This document shows, piece after piece, positions 1-12,480 of a DNA stretch of 59,441 nt (position 1 is the stretch's first letter; each line of letters begins with the position of its first letter). The position numbers and the translations under genes are program-made. Source of the stretch: Perkinsus chesapeaki ATCC PRA-425 (Eukaryota; Protista; Perkinsozoa); assembly GCA_013115145.1 (NCBI GenBank), contig JAAPAO010000163.1:1-59441 (forward strand). Reading direction: 5' to 3'. The notes beneath the pieces are model-generated. The model worked only from the letters and a program-made list of their open reading frames with translations, made no database searches and was not told the origin of the DNA.

Positions 1-328
1 GATCGGACCGATCATCGTTGTTGTGGCCGTCTCGCTTAGTCTGGTTGTGGCAATCTACCTGCCGGATTTGAAGGTTATTTTAGATTTAGTTGGCTCGATG
101 ACTGGGTCTATCATTTGTTATATAATCCCAGCGGGTTTCTGTGTTCGCATCGCGTTTTATAAGCGCGACAAGTTGGTTGGCAAATTGAGCGATGAGAACC
201 TCAAAGAAGAGGATAATTCTATGGATTATCCCAATTGGTTATCATATGGCTTTATCGCCTTTGGGATAGTCTTCGTCGTAGTTGGCACGTATGTTAGCCT
301 GGTTGGTCTTATACAATATTATGAGTAA
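1..328 (+). CDS. Amino-acid transporter (AAAP/Aa_trans family), C-terminal part, truncated by window start
   Basis: Translation SLVVAIYLPDLKVILDLVGSMTGSIICYIIPAGF followed by a last TM helix (FIAFGIVFVVVGTYVSL) resembles AAAP TM9-11; stop at 328. Confidence 0.75.
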   Translation, partial: IGPIIVVVAVSLSLVVAIYLPDLKVILDLVGSMTGSIICYIIPAGFCVRIAFYKRDKLVGKLSDENLKEEDNSMDYPNWLSYGFIAFGIVFVVVGTYVSLVGLIQYYE

Positions 329-947
329 CGCCTCCTGTCATATTATTTCGCAATTTTTCCACCTAGTTGAATCAAAGCTTTGAAAATAGGCTTGCCGCCC
401 CGCTTAGTCCATTTCTGTCTCACAGTCCCGATGCTTGCGTTATGTAGTTGGTGGTCGGGAAGTACACCGTTATGGTCCATGACTTATGGATATGCTCTGT
501 CGGTTGGGGGCAATGCACTACTCTATACTTTCAGTTAATTGAGTACGTGCACACCATTATTTAGCCGCATTTACAACATGCCAACTCTGCAATGCATTTT
601 TCAAAGTATGAAGAGCGTAGTTACGTATCCTTCACAACAATGATATTCGTAGCATTCTTTATCTATAACCAAGCCTGCATTTTCAGCTAAGTATTGACCC
701 TGGATCATGTACTATTCCAGGGTGCAACTCAAACTCACCTGGTGAAAGCGCATGTAGAGTATTATGCCGGTCCGTTCCAACTTGTCGGTGATTCGTTCCT
801 GTGATAGTCTCTCAGAGCAAGCTTTCCATTTCGATCATCAAGTCGGCGTCATCCAGTCTTGCCAACTTGCTTTCTTTCGGGCGCTGGAAACTCAGAAGCT
901 TCCCGTATTTCGGTTCGTCCGAGTCGGCAACTCTCGAGCTGTGAGTT

Positions 948-1976
948 TTAGGTGCTAAATAGCGATCGGTAAAGTGGAACTGATATTAGCTTACCTCTTG
1001 TCGTAATGCTGTACCACCTCATCCTTTGCTTTGCGTCTGTCGTTTATATAACCATATTCCATGCATACTCCGCTGAAGCTGCTGGCCCATAGGGTGATGA
1101 CGATAATGAAATGGAAGTAGGTTATCCATCGACCTCAATAGAGAGTCATAGACAAATCATGCACCCGAATAAGGGTGCAACACTCGAATCCGGACCATCA
1201 ACTTTGGCATCATCGACAAAGCCCAAGTCTCTCTCGAGGAAGAGAGCCCTCCAGCAATCGAATGAATCACCATTGAAAATACCCAAGTTGCTCAGTGAGG
1301 CCAAGTCACAGGTAAATGGTGAGAGGCACGTCCAGTTCATTACGGTTTGTAGGAGTATAAATGTACAATGTTCGAAGAGCACGATTCCTATCCAGGCATG
1401 TCCAGTACTGCATGCTACCTTCCGAGCTCCAAATTCCGATATTTTGTTTATCAAAATAGAAAGATCGAAGGCAGTACTACTCAGGCGATCGAGCTCGACT
1501 GCGGAGAAAACACCTACTCTGGGTAACTACGAGTGGTACTGTCATTCTTATCTACCCTTTCAGGGACGGCGAAACAGTTTTTATTTTTACAAATAAACGA
1601 TTCGTGCGTGTGATGAATGATCCATTAAGTGATGTCCATGCGACGGCCTTCCAGACAACTTGCCCGCAAATATTCCATCGTTTACAGAAGGAAGTGCTAA
1701 AAAGGGAACACATTGTTGACTCAGCCCCAATGGCGTTATGTGATGAAATTATCGATACCATTTGTGCCATCTACACATGGGTTCGCGAAGGGCTTTGAAT
1801 TGGCGACTGAATATCATATGCACGGAGGATATTATTATATGGCATACTTTAGACCACGGCTGTGATATTGCCGTGCTGAGACTCTTCTTTATTAAACATG
1901 GTGTTGTATTGTTGTTCATGATTCTACCAGGTTGCGTTGTCCAGTAGAATACTGAAACTGTCTCATTTATGGCCAT
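948..1976 (-). CDS. Hypothetical multi-exon, probably membrane protein (boundaries uncertain)
   Basis: Exon-like segments such as LWASSFSGVCMEYGYINDRRK ending at a gtaagc donor (~995) with a tttag acceptor (~955); hydrophobic ORF pieces at 1552-1976. No family recognised. Confidence 0.3.
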
Positions 1977-2568
1977 GCTCTTTCGTCGCCTTTCGTTTTG
2001 ATATAGTCAGACTTCAATTCAGATACCTCACACTTTTCAGAGAATACCTCACTTTTCCTGCACTGACTCTGATGAGCCTTTTACTGAATAGTACAGGCAA
2101 GAGTGCACCATATAAGACTGATATACCTTGGAAATCACAGTAAACTTCATCAGTATCAGGAGAGCTGAGAGGTTATGCCGATGACACCGAACGCGCGCTT
2201 TAGACTGCACGTGCTGTACATCTCATAATCAGTATAGACTACTGATATGTCTATATAATAGAAAGTCTATTTGGAATACGTACCTTCATTATAAAACTAT
2301 AGGTATACATCTCAATGATGAAAACGGAGCTGAGAGGGAGAGATCCGTCTGGACAATCTGCAGCGGATGCGGAAGCGTGCCTACTGTGAATTTCTCAATT
2401 GGAAGATTCACCAACTTAGTGCCACTAAGAGACGTGCTCCCGGTCAGAAGTGATTTAAATTCGCGAGCATGAATTCGATCGCCCTGAATGACTCCCCAAT
2501 AGGAGATGCTTTTCACTTACCGACGACAGATAGTCCGATAACTAATTAACACTGTAAGCGCGACATGT

Positions 2569-3279
2569 TCAAGGAACAGTAACGTTGATAGGAACCTTAG
2601 GGAGACTTGCTGTCTTTCGCGGGCTCGTTTTCGGGGGCGGAGAATTTAGCAAGGTACACGCAAACCTGGCGAGGACCACAGTCGCGCTTAGAAGAGTCAA
2701 GGCCAAGCTCACATCCTGGAAATGTCTGGATAAGGCTTCATCGTAAGGAGTACGCTTCGCCTTGTTCAATGTAGTGGCATCGGCTCCAGCATCAACAAGA
2801 ATCTTGCAAACGTCTAGATGACCGTTAAGGGCCGCCCAGTGGAGAGGCGTGTTACCTTGCTTGTTACCTGATGATCAAAGTACCACTATCCGATTCTAGT
2901 GCGATCTGAATAATACCCTAACCTCTGAAACCCTTAAACTTAGAATGAGCATTTCGAACCTTCTAAGCTTAACACTGTATGTGCTTCTCACCTTTGTTCA
3001 CCACTTTACTCCTCCTTTCGCCAGCCTCCTTTATTAATAACTTAACAGTATCACTGTGACCATTTCCCGCAGCCAAAAGCATCGCCGTGCTCTTCGTAAA
3101 GGCGTCCGATTCCTCCAACTACGCAAGGCCGAGTGGGCGATAACACCTTTGGTCTTCCGGCTTACCAATTCAGGACGGCTCTTCAACATCTCCTCCACAT
3201 CTTCGATATCACCATATCGAGCAGCCTTCAAGAACGCGTCCAGCTCGTCAGAGTTGCCCAGTGATGGAGATACCGGCAT
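2569..3279 (-). CDS. Ankyrin-repeat protein (multi-exon)
   Basis: Spliced reading gives FLKAARYGDIEDVEEML, TAMLLAAGNGHSDTVKLLI, GNTPLHWAALNGHLDVCKILVDAGAD, RTPYDEAL: canonical ankyrin repeats; gtaagc donor after SRPEL. 3' end approximate. Confidence 0.85.
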
Positions 3280-3376
3280 AGACTATAGAGACTAAGAGTA
3301 ATAGTACAGCGGATCAACAACAAGAACGCCATGTGGCTCTCAGAAACACAGTCATGCAGCACCATCACAAAATGAA

Positions 3377-4275
3377 TCAGGCTGCTTTCGCATCGGCAAC
3401 CGCCGCCGCCTCTTTCTCCTCGCTTTCGCTGGAGCCTTCCGACTCTATCGCAATTCCATCAGAAGACGGTCGTGGCGCTTCCATGGTCGAGATCTACAGT
3501 GTAAGATACAACTACGCGCGACTCCATAGCATACCGTTCGGGTGTCTACATTATAATCCTGGATACTGTCGTAATAGCTCTGCCAGGCCTCCTTGCGAAC
3601 TCCTAAAATATACGGGAAGGAAACCAACAAGAACTTGTGCAACACTTTAAAGATGCAACAGTGACCGTTGACCGGTCGCTCAAATTGTTTTGTGAGCTTT
3701 GAGCTTTTTGGCTCGCGAAAACGACGAGGAGTCAAGAAGTGAAATACGAACCTTCGATGCGTAACGCCGTTCTAGGAAACCTGCCAAGGTGAGAGCGCTG
3801 GAAAATCAGCACTGGCGAAAAAAGCCGCAGCTGTTAGGAATGCATTATGCACTGCAGGTGAAGTGGGAAGGGTCACACCTCAACTTTCTCAATACCGGCG
3901 TAATGCTATTCACAAAGTTCCGATGTCTCTCTTAACAGAGCAAAAGTCAATGAAAGTAGCATGGTTGTTTGGGAGGGGGCGATGCAATTCGGAGGAGGTA
4001 GCGAAGCTACACGAGAGATAACATTTCCGAAAGCACTGTGAGCCGTCGCCGCTATCAACGATAATCGTTGATCGATTGATGTACATTATCAACCTCACAC
4101 ACCGCTGAATGCTCCCACTTGCATGCTCCGGATCCCTCTTCCATATTTTATACTTATAATAAAACATAACACTCAATGTTAGGACATAGCACCACCAGAC
4201 GAACCCTTCAACCCCTTCATCGCGATAAGATCTATGGGCGCCTGAGAAAGGGCCGCTCAATAAACAACCAGCCAA
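3377..4275 (-). CDS. Hypothetical protein (multi-exon, uncertain)
   Basis: ORF pieces at 3910-4275 and 3445-3735 plus an acidic last exon (ESEGSSESEEKEAAAVADAKAA*). No family recognised. Confidence 0.3.
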
Positions 4276-4494
4276 GTCGACGATGACCGCTAGGCAATAA
4301 GGTATTATGATAACACTTTATTACATACACTTAGACTAGAATACGTATATTGCTTGTTAATCATAAGTAATATTTAATATAGTTATATTAAGTATATTGC
4401 ATTATATTATACGGTCTATTTTAGTTACTGTCCATAGTTTACAATTGCCTTCCTGGATTAGCGCTCATTCTAGCTGAGCGCATCATTCGCTTGG

Positions 4495-4530
4495 ATGCAC
4501 CGGCAGGATTCGAACCCACGACCATCCGGT
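4495..4530 (-). ncRNA. tRNA 3'-half-like module E1 (positions ~38-76 only)
   Basis: Minus strand A-CCGGA-TGGTC-GTGGG-TTCGAAT-CCTGC-CGGTGCA-T(CCA): B-box, 5-bp T-stem with G-U pairs, 7-nt acceptor 3' strand. No matching 5' half found upstream. Confidence 0.55.
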
Positions 4531-4692
4531 ATTGAGTTGCTTGCCTTTAGGAAGGAATCTTCGGACCGTTTCATTGTACAACAACTTATCCTCCACGAAA
4601 GTCCTTATACCAGCCTTCCGCCGTCTCGGTCGATCCATACCCGGCAAAACAGTAGGTTTGATGCGGCTCCTAATACAACAAGCCGCTCGCTT

Positions 4693-4752
4693 AAAAACGG
4701 CGCCGCCGGGAATCGAACCCGGGTCTTCCATGGCCTACCGTCGCTCGGCCGC
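4693..4752 (-). ncRNA. tRNA-like module E2: D-arm-like hairpin + T-arm + acceptor 3' strand + T5 terminator, no anticodon arm
   Basis: Minus strand GCGGCCGAGCGACGGTAGGC-CATGGAAGAC-CCGGG-TTCGATT-CCCGG-CGGCGCC-G-TTTTT. Perfect T-stem and B-box; Pol III-type T5 directly after position 73. Confidence 0.6.
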
Positions 4753-5187
4753 TGCTGCTTGAACCTCCATTTCGGGAGTTGTTGGTCCCACATTACCCTC
4801 TGCCTGCGGTATCAGCCTTGAGAGAACCGTTGCCGCCTAAGACATCTTGCTGCTTCGCTCCGCTAAGAGATTATTACAGACTGTTGCCCTTTGGTTCTCT
4901 GATTCTTATACATTCGTGGGCCCACTGAGGACAGACGAGAGCCTCCAGACAGACCGTTCCAATCAGACAAGCATGGCCTTGTCAATGATAGCAACAATCT
5001 CATATCCCTACTGAAACGCTACTCCTATTAATTTCGAGTTTGCCCGACGCAAAGGTTTCAGAATAGTCAATCTAAAGGAGATGGAGATACTAAAGCGTGT
5101 ATCATGCTTCTTCCGATTCCCAGACTCTACACCATTTCAAGATCTAATTACCAAAAGCCCATAACCAAATTAAACAGCCCAGTTGAG

Positions 5188-6179
5188 TTATGGACGAGAG
5201 GAACTACTAATCCTCCTCGTTAGTTGACTATCGCCGATTGCACACAAAAACAGTATCTCTATTATTACGATGAGTGAAGTGTTCTCATCGATCTGAGATC
5301 GACGATCTCCCCACAATAGCGAGCTTGATATATAAATATGGTATGACGATAATGGCGATAATACGATTTCTACTGCCACTAGTAGGAGGCAATGGGCCAC
5401 AGTCGTGAACATCATTGTAAAGAGAGCGGATAGGCAACACAACTGGTGATAGGGATAGATGAAATGAGTGCATGCGTGCTGCGTATGTGGTTGTAGTAAG
5501 ATATGCAAGTAAGAAATTATTTGCCCAATTTATCGATTGTTGCAGCATCGCCATCATCACGAGCCTTTAAGCGCCTCAGAGAGAGAACCTTCCAGAGACA
5601 CTCGTAACTGAGAGACAACCGACACAATAATCCAGCACGCGTGCGCAAAAGTCTTACCTCATCAAGAGCCCTAGTCGACTTTGCAGCCTTCAATCGTTCC
5701 CTCTGCTCCTGTAGTGTGAGCCTAACCGGCCCGCCTTGAAGCTGCGGCGACCGAGTAAATGGCATCGGAGTGTGGAACGTGACGTCCTCGGAAGACCTAA
5801 CCAGCAAACTCGTCGGGTCACGCAAAACTAACTCGAGAACTTACGCCGAATCTTCACGGAGATCGGACACTGTATAAGACCTCTGAGGCAGACCTGAACA
5901 GCACTTGAATTTCGTGGCGCGCTAGAAAATCCCACTTCTAGTTGTGGTCCTTTGCGTCGACGGAGGTGAGTCACCAAGACAGGATGCATCAATCAAGGAT
6001 ATGCCTGGACCTCCCGCCGAGTGCGGCGCCGCTCCGCCGTACAGTGGCGTGATAACTTTTGACGGGCTCAGCAGCTCGCCCCACTGCCCCTGGGGCTCCG
6101 GGCTCCTATTAGGCGTCGGCTCAAGCTGAATGAACGACGGCGCTGCAATCGGAGGAGAGGGAGATGGTGTCGCCTCCAC
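5188..6179 (-). CDS. Hypothetical protein, Pro/Ser-rich N-terminus then a coiled-coil-like exon (multi-exon)
   Basis: ATG at 6179 (MEATPSPSPPIAAP...), exon 5517-5825 (QEQRERLKAAKSTRALDEVRLL). 3' end uncertain. Confidence 0.4.
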
Positions 6180-6345
6180 CGACGGGGTAACCTGGATATA
6201 TTCAAGTAATTTTGGGGCGCGCGGTCAATAGAACCTGCTCTGGAGATTCATGCACACTTCTCAGAGTCGGACTTGTGCTTTGCGAAACTTCAAGGAGTCC
6301 CAGCGATGACACGAGCGGTTCGTACAACGACGTCATGTGCGTCTT

Positions 6346-6405
6346 AAAAATGCCCTGTGCAGGGATCGAACCCGCGTTCTCTGTCCAACCTTAGCCTCAT
6401 GAAGC
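6346..6405 (-). ncRNA. tRNA-like module E3: A-box/D-loop-like segment + T-arm + acceptor 3' strand + T5 terminator
   Basis: Minus strand GCTTCATGAGGCTAAGGTTGGACAGAGAAC-GCGGG-TTCGATC-CCTGC-ACAGGGC-A-TTTTT. Confidence 0.6.
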
Positions 6406-6799
6406 AGTCTTCGACTTTCCTGATGGGCTTCTCTTATCGTCGGAAACTCCCCTCGAGAGATGGCCAGCTCCACAGCCACCGATACAACATAGTCCAATGG
6501 GGCAGCGGCATTTTCACTACAATCGACGGTGACCTATAAGCGGCCACTACCAAAAGGATTCATACAATGAAAAATGCTACCGCACCTTCCATACCACTCA
6601 TAGCTCATCCGTGGTGGATCTTGAACAGCTTCTTCTTAGTTACAACAGTATAATAAGTAACAAGACCCTTTTACTGCAGTGTTTTGTTATAATAAATTGT
6701 TGGCTATTTTATTGTAAGATTCGAAGTTGGAAAATAATCAAAAGTCCAGTCCAATCAATTTCTCCCCTACAGTGTGACCACTATGAACTTTTATGCAAA

Positions 6800-9700
6800 T
6801 CAGTTTGGGAAAAAAACGCTATGGATGTTATGGAAGCCTGTATATGGACATAAGCGTGCAAAAGAGAGTCGTGAGAAGTCCTTCTTAACTCACCCCGTTC
6901 TCCTCGTCAACTTGTACAGATCCCCTCATCAACAAAGACATGCCGTACTTCTCTTCAAAGTCATCAAGTCGACCACGGAGCTTTTGCTGCACTGTTGGCA
7001 GCTCCTACCGAGGAAAGCAACCATCACCTCCACACGCCCCTCCTCACGAAAATGAGACCAATCCATCGCACGGGTGGAATTCTTTGGTGCTGATATGGGA
7101 ACAATGGCCGCCGCGGTGAGCCGTTTCAACCTCCTTGAGCAACCAATGTCGCTGAATTCGATTCTGATGTCAGTTTTAACTCTAGAAATCATTCCATGGG
7201 AATACGAAATTTTCAAAAATTATATATCACCAATGATATCATCAACCGATGGCCTCACCTTGCTAACCATATTCCTCATTTTCTCCTCCCTAAGCAACCG
7301 CCCAGGATCTCGTGTTCTCTGCATTGACGTCCTCCTCCCTGCCGAGCTCGTTGAGCTGCGTCTTCCAGACGTACTGTATCGAAGATTTTCAAATCGATTA
7401 CGTGATCGATTTGGTACTCACAGTGAAGGACGAGCCATAAGCCGCTCTGGATCTCTCAAAGATTCCTCGAGCTCCCTTTTAACATCAAACAGCTGCTCCA
7501 TTCGTCCTAGCAATCTTATAATAGGTCGAACCACAGCCTGCCGCTCCTAAAAAGAAATCTTGCAATCTTGAATTTCCTCAACGCGGGCTTACAGACAACA
7601 CTTCACATATAGTGCCATGCATCTCGACTTCCTCATCCGTCAGCGTTCCGATTTCCAATGCTAGCAACGCCTTCAACCGGAGAGCCTTCTGTTCCATTGA
7701 CGACATCTGGCCCACCCACATTTCAAAAGAGTTAGAGGCGAGAGCGGTATGAGCAAAGATGTCCATACATATAATCGTCTTACCCTTATCTCCTCCACTA
7801 TCTCCTCAACAGTTCGCCTCTTGCATTCAATTAATTCCAACAGTCTATCATGACGCGTCTCCACCAGCCGGCGCAGTATAGTTTGCAGACTACCCATGCC
7901 CTCACTAACAAGCTTAGTTCCGAGTTTGCGAGTCGGATCTCGAACGGTAACGAAGTAATCCAACGAAGCTACTCTCTAATAGTACAGCTTCACCCGAACA
8001 GAATTCATACCGACTTCTCCTACAATCACGCCGCTAATATTCCGACATTGCAAAAAACATATAACAAGCATTACGATTGGTGTTAGAATTGCAAAGTACA
8101 ATGCGTGTAAAAGCATAGCAATTAAGTAAGAAGCCATCCCTGCCCTTACGTATCCAGAGGGACATCATCATCCTCTCCCGGCAGTCCAACTTCACTCCCT
8201 GTGATCTCGAGTTCCTTCAACAATCTTTGTATTTTACTATAGACTGTGGATGCCTCTGCCTCTCTGGCATCGGCTACGTCATTACAGTATTGCAGCAACT
8301 GAAGGGAAAAGAAAAGTGCTTCGAAAGGGGAGTGGAAAGGGGAGAATTTGAAGAAGGCGAGTCGACATAGAATGAATATGGTATGAAGGCATGACACATA
8401 ATAATAATATATAAATGTAATGATGAAGTGGAGGCATAATAATAACATAGAAATGTAATGATGAAGTGGAGGCATAATAATAATATAGAAATGTAATGAG
8501 GAAGTAGCAGTGAATTAGATCCGCTCTAATGACCAACCTGATCAACATAAGCCTTGAATTCCTCCTTCAGTATTCCGCATCTCTCTACATCTCTAAGACA
8601 CCTGTTCACACCAATTTCATACCGCTCTCTCCGCATTCTACTTTATCTGTGGCATCCCAATGGATTCAATATCCACCAATTGAGAGCTCAAAGATGAATG
8701 CAAGTCAGCCAGACCCGCGGGCACAACAGGATCACATCTGCCATGGAAAAGGCCAATCGCAGGAAGCAGGCACATGACTAGAATCTCAGATCGTTGTTTG
8801 ACTTGCGCCATAGTGAACCATAAATGATCGATGTAGGTTTTTCCCCCGAAACCCCTTACCGAACACTTCCTATCACTTTTTCACCAACTTACGCTCGAGA
8901 TGAAGGCAAAGTACTTGAAAAGGTTGCATTCATTACCGCTCTCCTTTCGCCGAAAGAGTGGCCACCCGAAAGATATGCTATAAGTCTGTTACACTCTACA
9001 AGCTCTCCCCATCAAGCCACCGCTCAACAATCGGAACCCCCCGCAAGGTCTCTACTTCAGTTTTTCTTCCTCCTCATTGTCTGGCCTCTCAACTATCAAT
9101 GGCCACTCCCCTCTGAATGCCTCCTCAATGAGCTGCTGTAGATCAGCCACTGCCTCCTGCACCTGCCAATTCATTTCCTGTTACGCTCTGCAGCGACGGA
9201 ATATCTTTCAATCTCCCTCGGTTCCATTCGTCTTGAAATGAACTTTTACACTCTGAGATGCAAAATTTTACCGAAATTTTCGTCCCTCTCCAACATTGGT
9301 AAACACGCACATATTCCAACGCTGCACGCATCAACCTAAGATACTCTTTCGACTACCCAGGCTAGCCTCTCCCCAGCATTTTCCATTGTCTCCTTCTCCA
9401 AGGCTTCCAGCTCGTCCACTTGTCTCTTCGCTACCGATCTGACGAAACCTTTATACCGCTCCTTCCACAACTACTACGTCGGTGCCGCTGGTAAGGGTAA
9501 GTTGCCAAGCTGCTGCCGTGCAGCTACAATGTCATCGTACTTCACCTTCAGTGATGCTAGCCGCTCCTCATGAAGCTTTTTAAGGCCGTTGAAGACTGAG
9601 AAAATAAAGATAACGACAAACAACGAATCCTCCCAGAGATATCGCATTCCTGTCACGCCTCGGCTAAGTATCTTCCTGGAGCACGACACAAGATTTCTAG

Positions 9701-11400
9701 TGTCAATAGTAGTACCTTCCTAATTGACGATAGAAAACCCGATAGACGGCAAAGATAGTTATCCTGGGCACGTCATAACTGATACATGCGACCATGTGAG
9801 AGTTAGCCTTTGAACCTTCTTCACAACATCCTCAGACTCATTGAAAAATCCCCCAAAGGTGCTCCCAGCGACATTTCGATAGGAAATATGTTTCTAGAGC
9901 AAGAAGAAACAACTGCTGCAATCCTGGCGGTGGGAACCTTTAAGGATCGCAAGGAATATATGTATTCGATATCACTAGTGACATCCCCAGATGGCAGGCA
10001 TTTCACTAAGAGTTTTCCGAACCCTGCCAGCTAGGATTACTCCACACTACTAACACAGGCTGCTGCCTCTGCTCACTTGGCAATAAAGCTGCTTCCTGCC
10101 TCCTCAATGACATACCACTCTTACTCTCCTCCAGTACTACTTCTTCCTCTAGTTCCGAGGATAATGTCTGAACAGTTAAACCGGCAATCGACAAATGTTT
10201 TATTATTTCCTGCACAAGTTCAAATCCCTTTGCAAACCCGAATGGCAGGGAAGTTCCGAAACCGCTCTCAATCTACAAAAACTAATTTTGAACTCGACCG
10301 TAATAATTAGGATCACCGTCATGGACCAACCGAGCCCTCCTTCTAGCAGTAGTACTACCACAATCTGTTTATTCATATCACTTATACTTCTCTCAAGTGC
10401 ATCTCGACATTCCTTTTCTTTATTAATAACATTACTGTACACCTCCTTAAAATACTGCCCAAGTGTCGATAGCCTCTTACTTCTCTGAGGGCACATATCA
10501 CGGAAGGAGCGCGACAGGGTTAATCTATAAAATTCCACCACTAGCATCAAGCCCTAACATTACAGTTAATTCATATAGTATTTGGGACGAAGACTAAGAT
10601 AATATTGTTTACCTGAGTATAAGGGAACGCGAGGCTTGGCAAAAGCCAAATATCGCATTTTCAGAAGAGATGAAACCTAGATCAATCTTCCTCTATTAGG
10701 AGCATATTTTCCACCAGAAGTTCCCACTGATCTCCAATGAAACTGGATTTTCAATACATCAATAGAGATTAAGATCTGTAGATAAATTCATCACCATACG
10801 ACTAACAGGTCTCCCTAATATACCATATAATGACAGTATGCCGCAACAGCGCCTCTTAAGCAAATGCATTGAAAGAAACGTCAATCGACCGCTATTGTTC
10901 GTCTCTGATTTTCCCGACATCGGTGTTTTATCGACCGATAGATGAGTGGCTCAGCAGAATGCTACGTTTCAGATTGGCTTCATTACTACCTCCTCATCGC
11001 TAAGGCCTATAGATCCCCAAACACCTTCAATCTGCCTTCTAAACTCCCTTTGTAAATTATCCATTCCCGTCCATGCATCTGATGGTAATAAACCAGCAGT
11101 AGACTGTGATGGTACTAGTGAACTAGCTGGCCATGGTAGAGCTGTCGAAGAGGGGGCACATACGGTCATAGAGCGGCGGCACAACTAAGTAATCGAATTA
11201 ATAGATTGATGGCTGAGCTAATATAATCCAATTAATATGATACTAATTCTCCTCTGAAGCCAACACGTTGAGGAAGCAGTATGCAGTGTGTTCTTCGGCA
11301 AACTTGGTGTAGAAGCGAAGACCAGTACTTCAAGGATTGAGCGTAAGGGACTAACGAGTGTTTCAGTGAACTTTGGCATATCACAGTCCACAATAGATTC
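6800..11400 (-). CDS. ASE1/PRC1/MAP65-family microtubule-bundling protein (many exons)
   Basis: N-terminal exon QREFRRQIEGVWGSIGLSDEE, coiled-coil exons, and MEQLFDVKRELEESLRDPERL...DPGRLLREEKMRNMV, which resembles the PRC1/Ase1 'DPSRL..RGG.LLKEEK.R' segment. Start codon approximate. Confidence 0.65.
8397..8505. repeat. 38-bp tandem minisatellite x~2.9, intronic
   Basis: Unit cataataataa(t/c)ata(t/g)aaatgtaatgatgaagtggagg starts at 8397, 8435 and 8473. Confidence 0.9.
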
Positions 11401-11656
11401 GCGAAGTCCACCCGTCGGAATCAGAGAAACCCATTCCAAGAAAGACAAAAGCATGTATGCAGCCTTTAATACCAATATCAAGTTAAAAACTGACTGAATG
11501 ATATCACTAAGCGGACCCCAAGTGCTCCACCAAACCTGCCCATCACCTCAATAGACTTGTCACCCCTGGTAGATAGACTAACACAGGCACTTGAGTAGTA
11601 GCGAGAAAGCTTAGTTTCAGAATCGCAGATGCAACGCTATTTTAACAGGAATTAGC

Positions 11657-11979
11657 CTAGGCGTCCTGGGTACCGACAAGAGCCAGTTCTCGACCGCTCG
11701 CGGAGGCCTGAAAGATGATATTAAATATAACTGTTATTAGTTCCATAACAAGTATTAAGTTATGGTCTGTTGGAACCTTACCCAGTTTTTGAGCTTCTCT
11801 ACAAGTTGCTCGCCGGTTACAGCGTCGGTGTGGTGCACTAGGACTTGGTTTTTATCAACGTCACAATCGACACTTTGAACGCCGTCTACTTTAGACAGAA
11901 TGCGAGTGATAGCTCCAGAACAACCGGAACCTGATAGATCGCTGACGCGCCACTTAGTGACTTCTAGGGCATCTTGCAT
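11657..11979 (-). CDS. Atx1-like HMA (copper-chaperone-fold) protein, 2 exons, variant metal motif
   Basis: WRVSDLSGSGCSGAITRILSKVDGVQSVDCDVDKNQVLV matches the ATX1/ATOX1 pattern; donor after KNW (gtaagg), exon 2 ASASGRELALVGTQDA* with stop at 11657-11659. Confidence 0.8.
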
Positions 11980-12480
11980 GGGTGAAGCTGAGATACCACT
12001 TACATGTCATTCCAGCACGGATTTCGGTGATCTTGTTAGTCATCAGTGTAAACGAAAAAATATACCAACTAGTTGGTGAAGTTGTACTTTAATCAGCTTA
12101 AGTGGGACAGGCAAACGCAATCCATCCATCACGACAATCCTGCTAATTTCTACGAGCTCGACAGTATCGCGCTCGCCTCAGTGATCGATATTCTCTCATG
12201 TCGTTGTGGTTGCCGTTGGCAGGAGTTTACGGAGACTACAAAGGTGTCGTATTGGAGTCTATGAGTAGTACAATTGAGATTCTGAGAGGTGTATGGTAGT
12301 AAGTAGGGACGGTGCTTGAATTTACGGCGGAAGTTTGGTATGAATATATTAGAGAAGCTATGATGCACTGGACGAAGATCGGGAGGCATATGAGGATCTT
12401 AGGTCGAACCATGCAAGATACGCTGGAGCTCGATTGCTGAGACGTATTAGTTTTCCTTCTCCTTGGTTGCTGCCGATATC
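11980..12480. promoter_or_regulatory. Divergent strand-switch region (putative bidirectional transcription start region)
   Basis: About 500 bp between the HMA ATG (minus) and the eIF2-alpha ATG (plus); separates a ~11-kb minus-strand run from a ~14-kb plus-strand run. Inferred from position only. Confidence 0.4.

Noticed and set aside
6346-6375. LTR-retrotransposon primer-binding sites
   Set aside because: No TGG (CCA complement) at the start, similarity extends well past 18 nt, and no adjacent LTR or gag/pol.
4495-6405. E1-E3 as normal intron-containing tRNAs, tRNA-Sec or permuted tRNAs
   Set aside because: No upstream 7-mer pairing with the acceptor strands followed by a credible D-arm and anticodon arm; no UCA anticodon or Sec geometry; T5 right after E2/E3 argues against a downstream 5' half. 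CCATG-CT-TGT at ~4976 pairs with the E2 stem but has no D-arm or acceptor.
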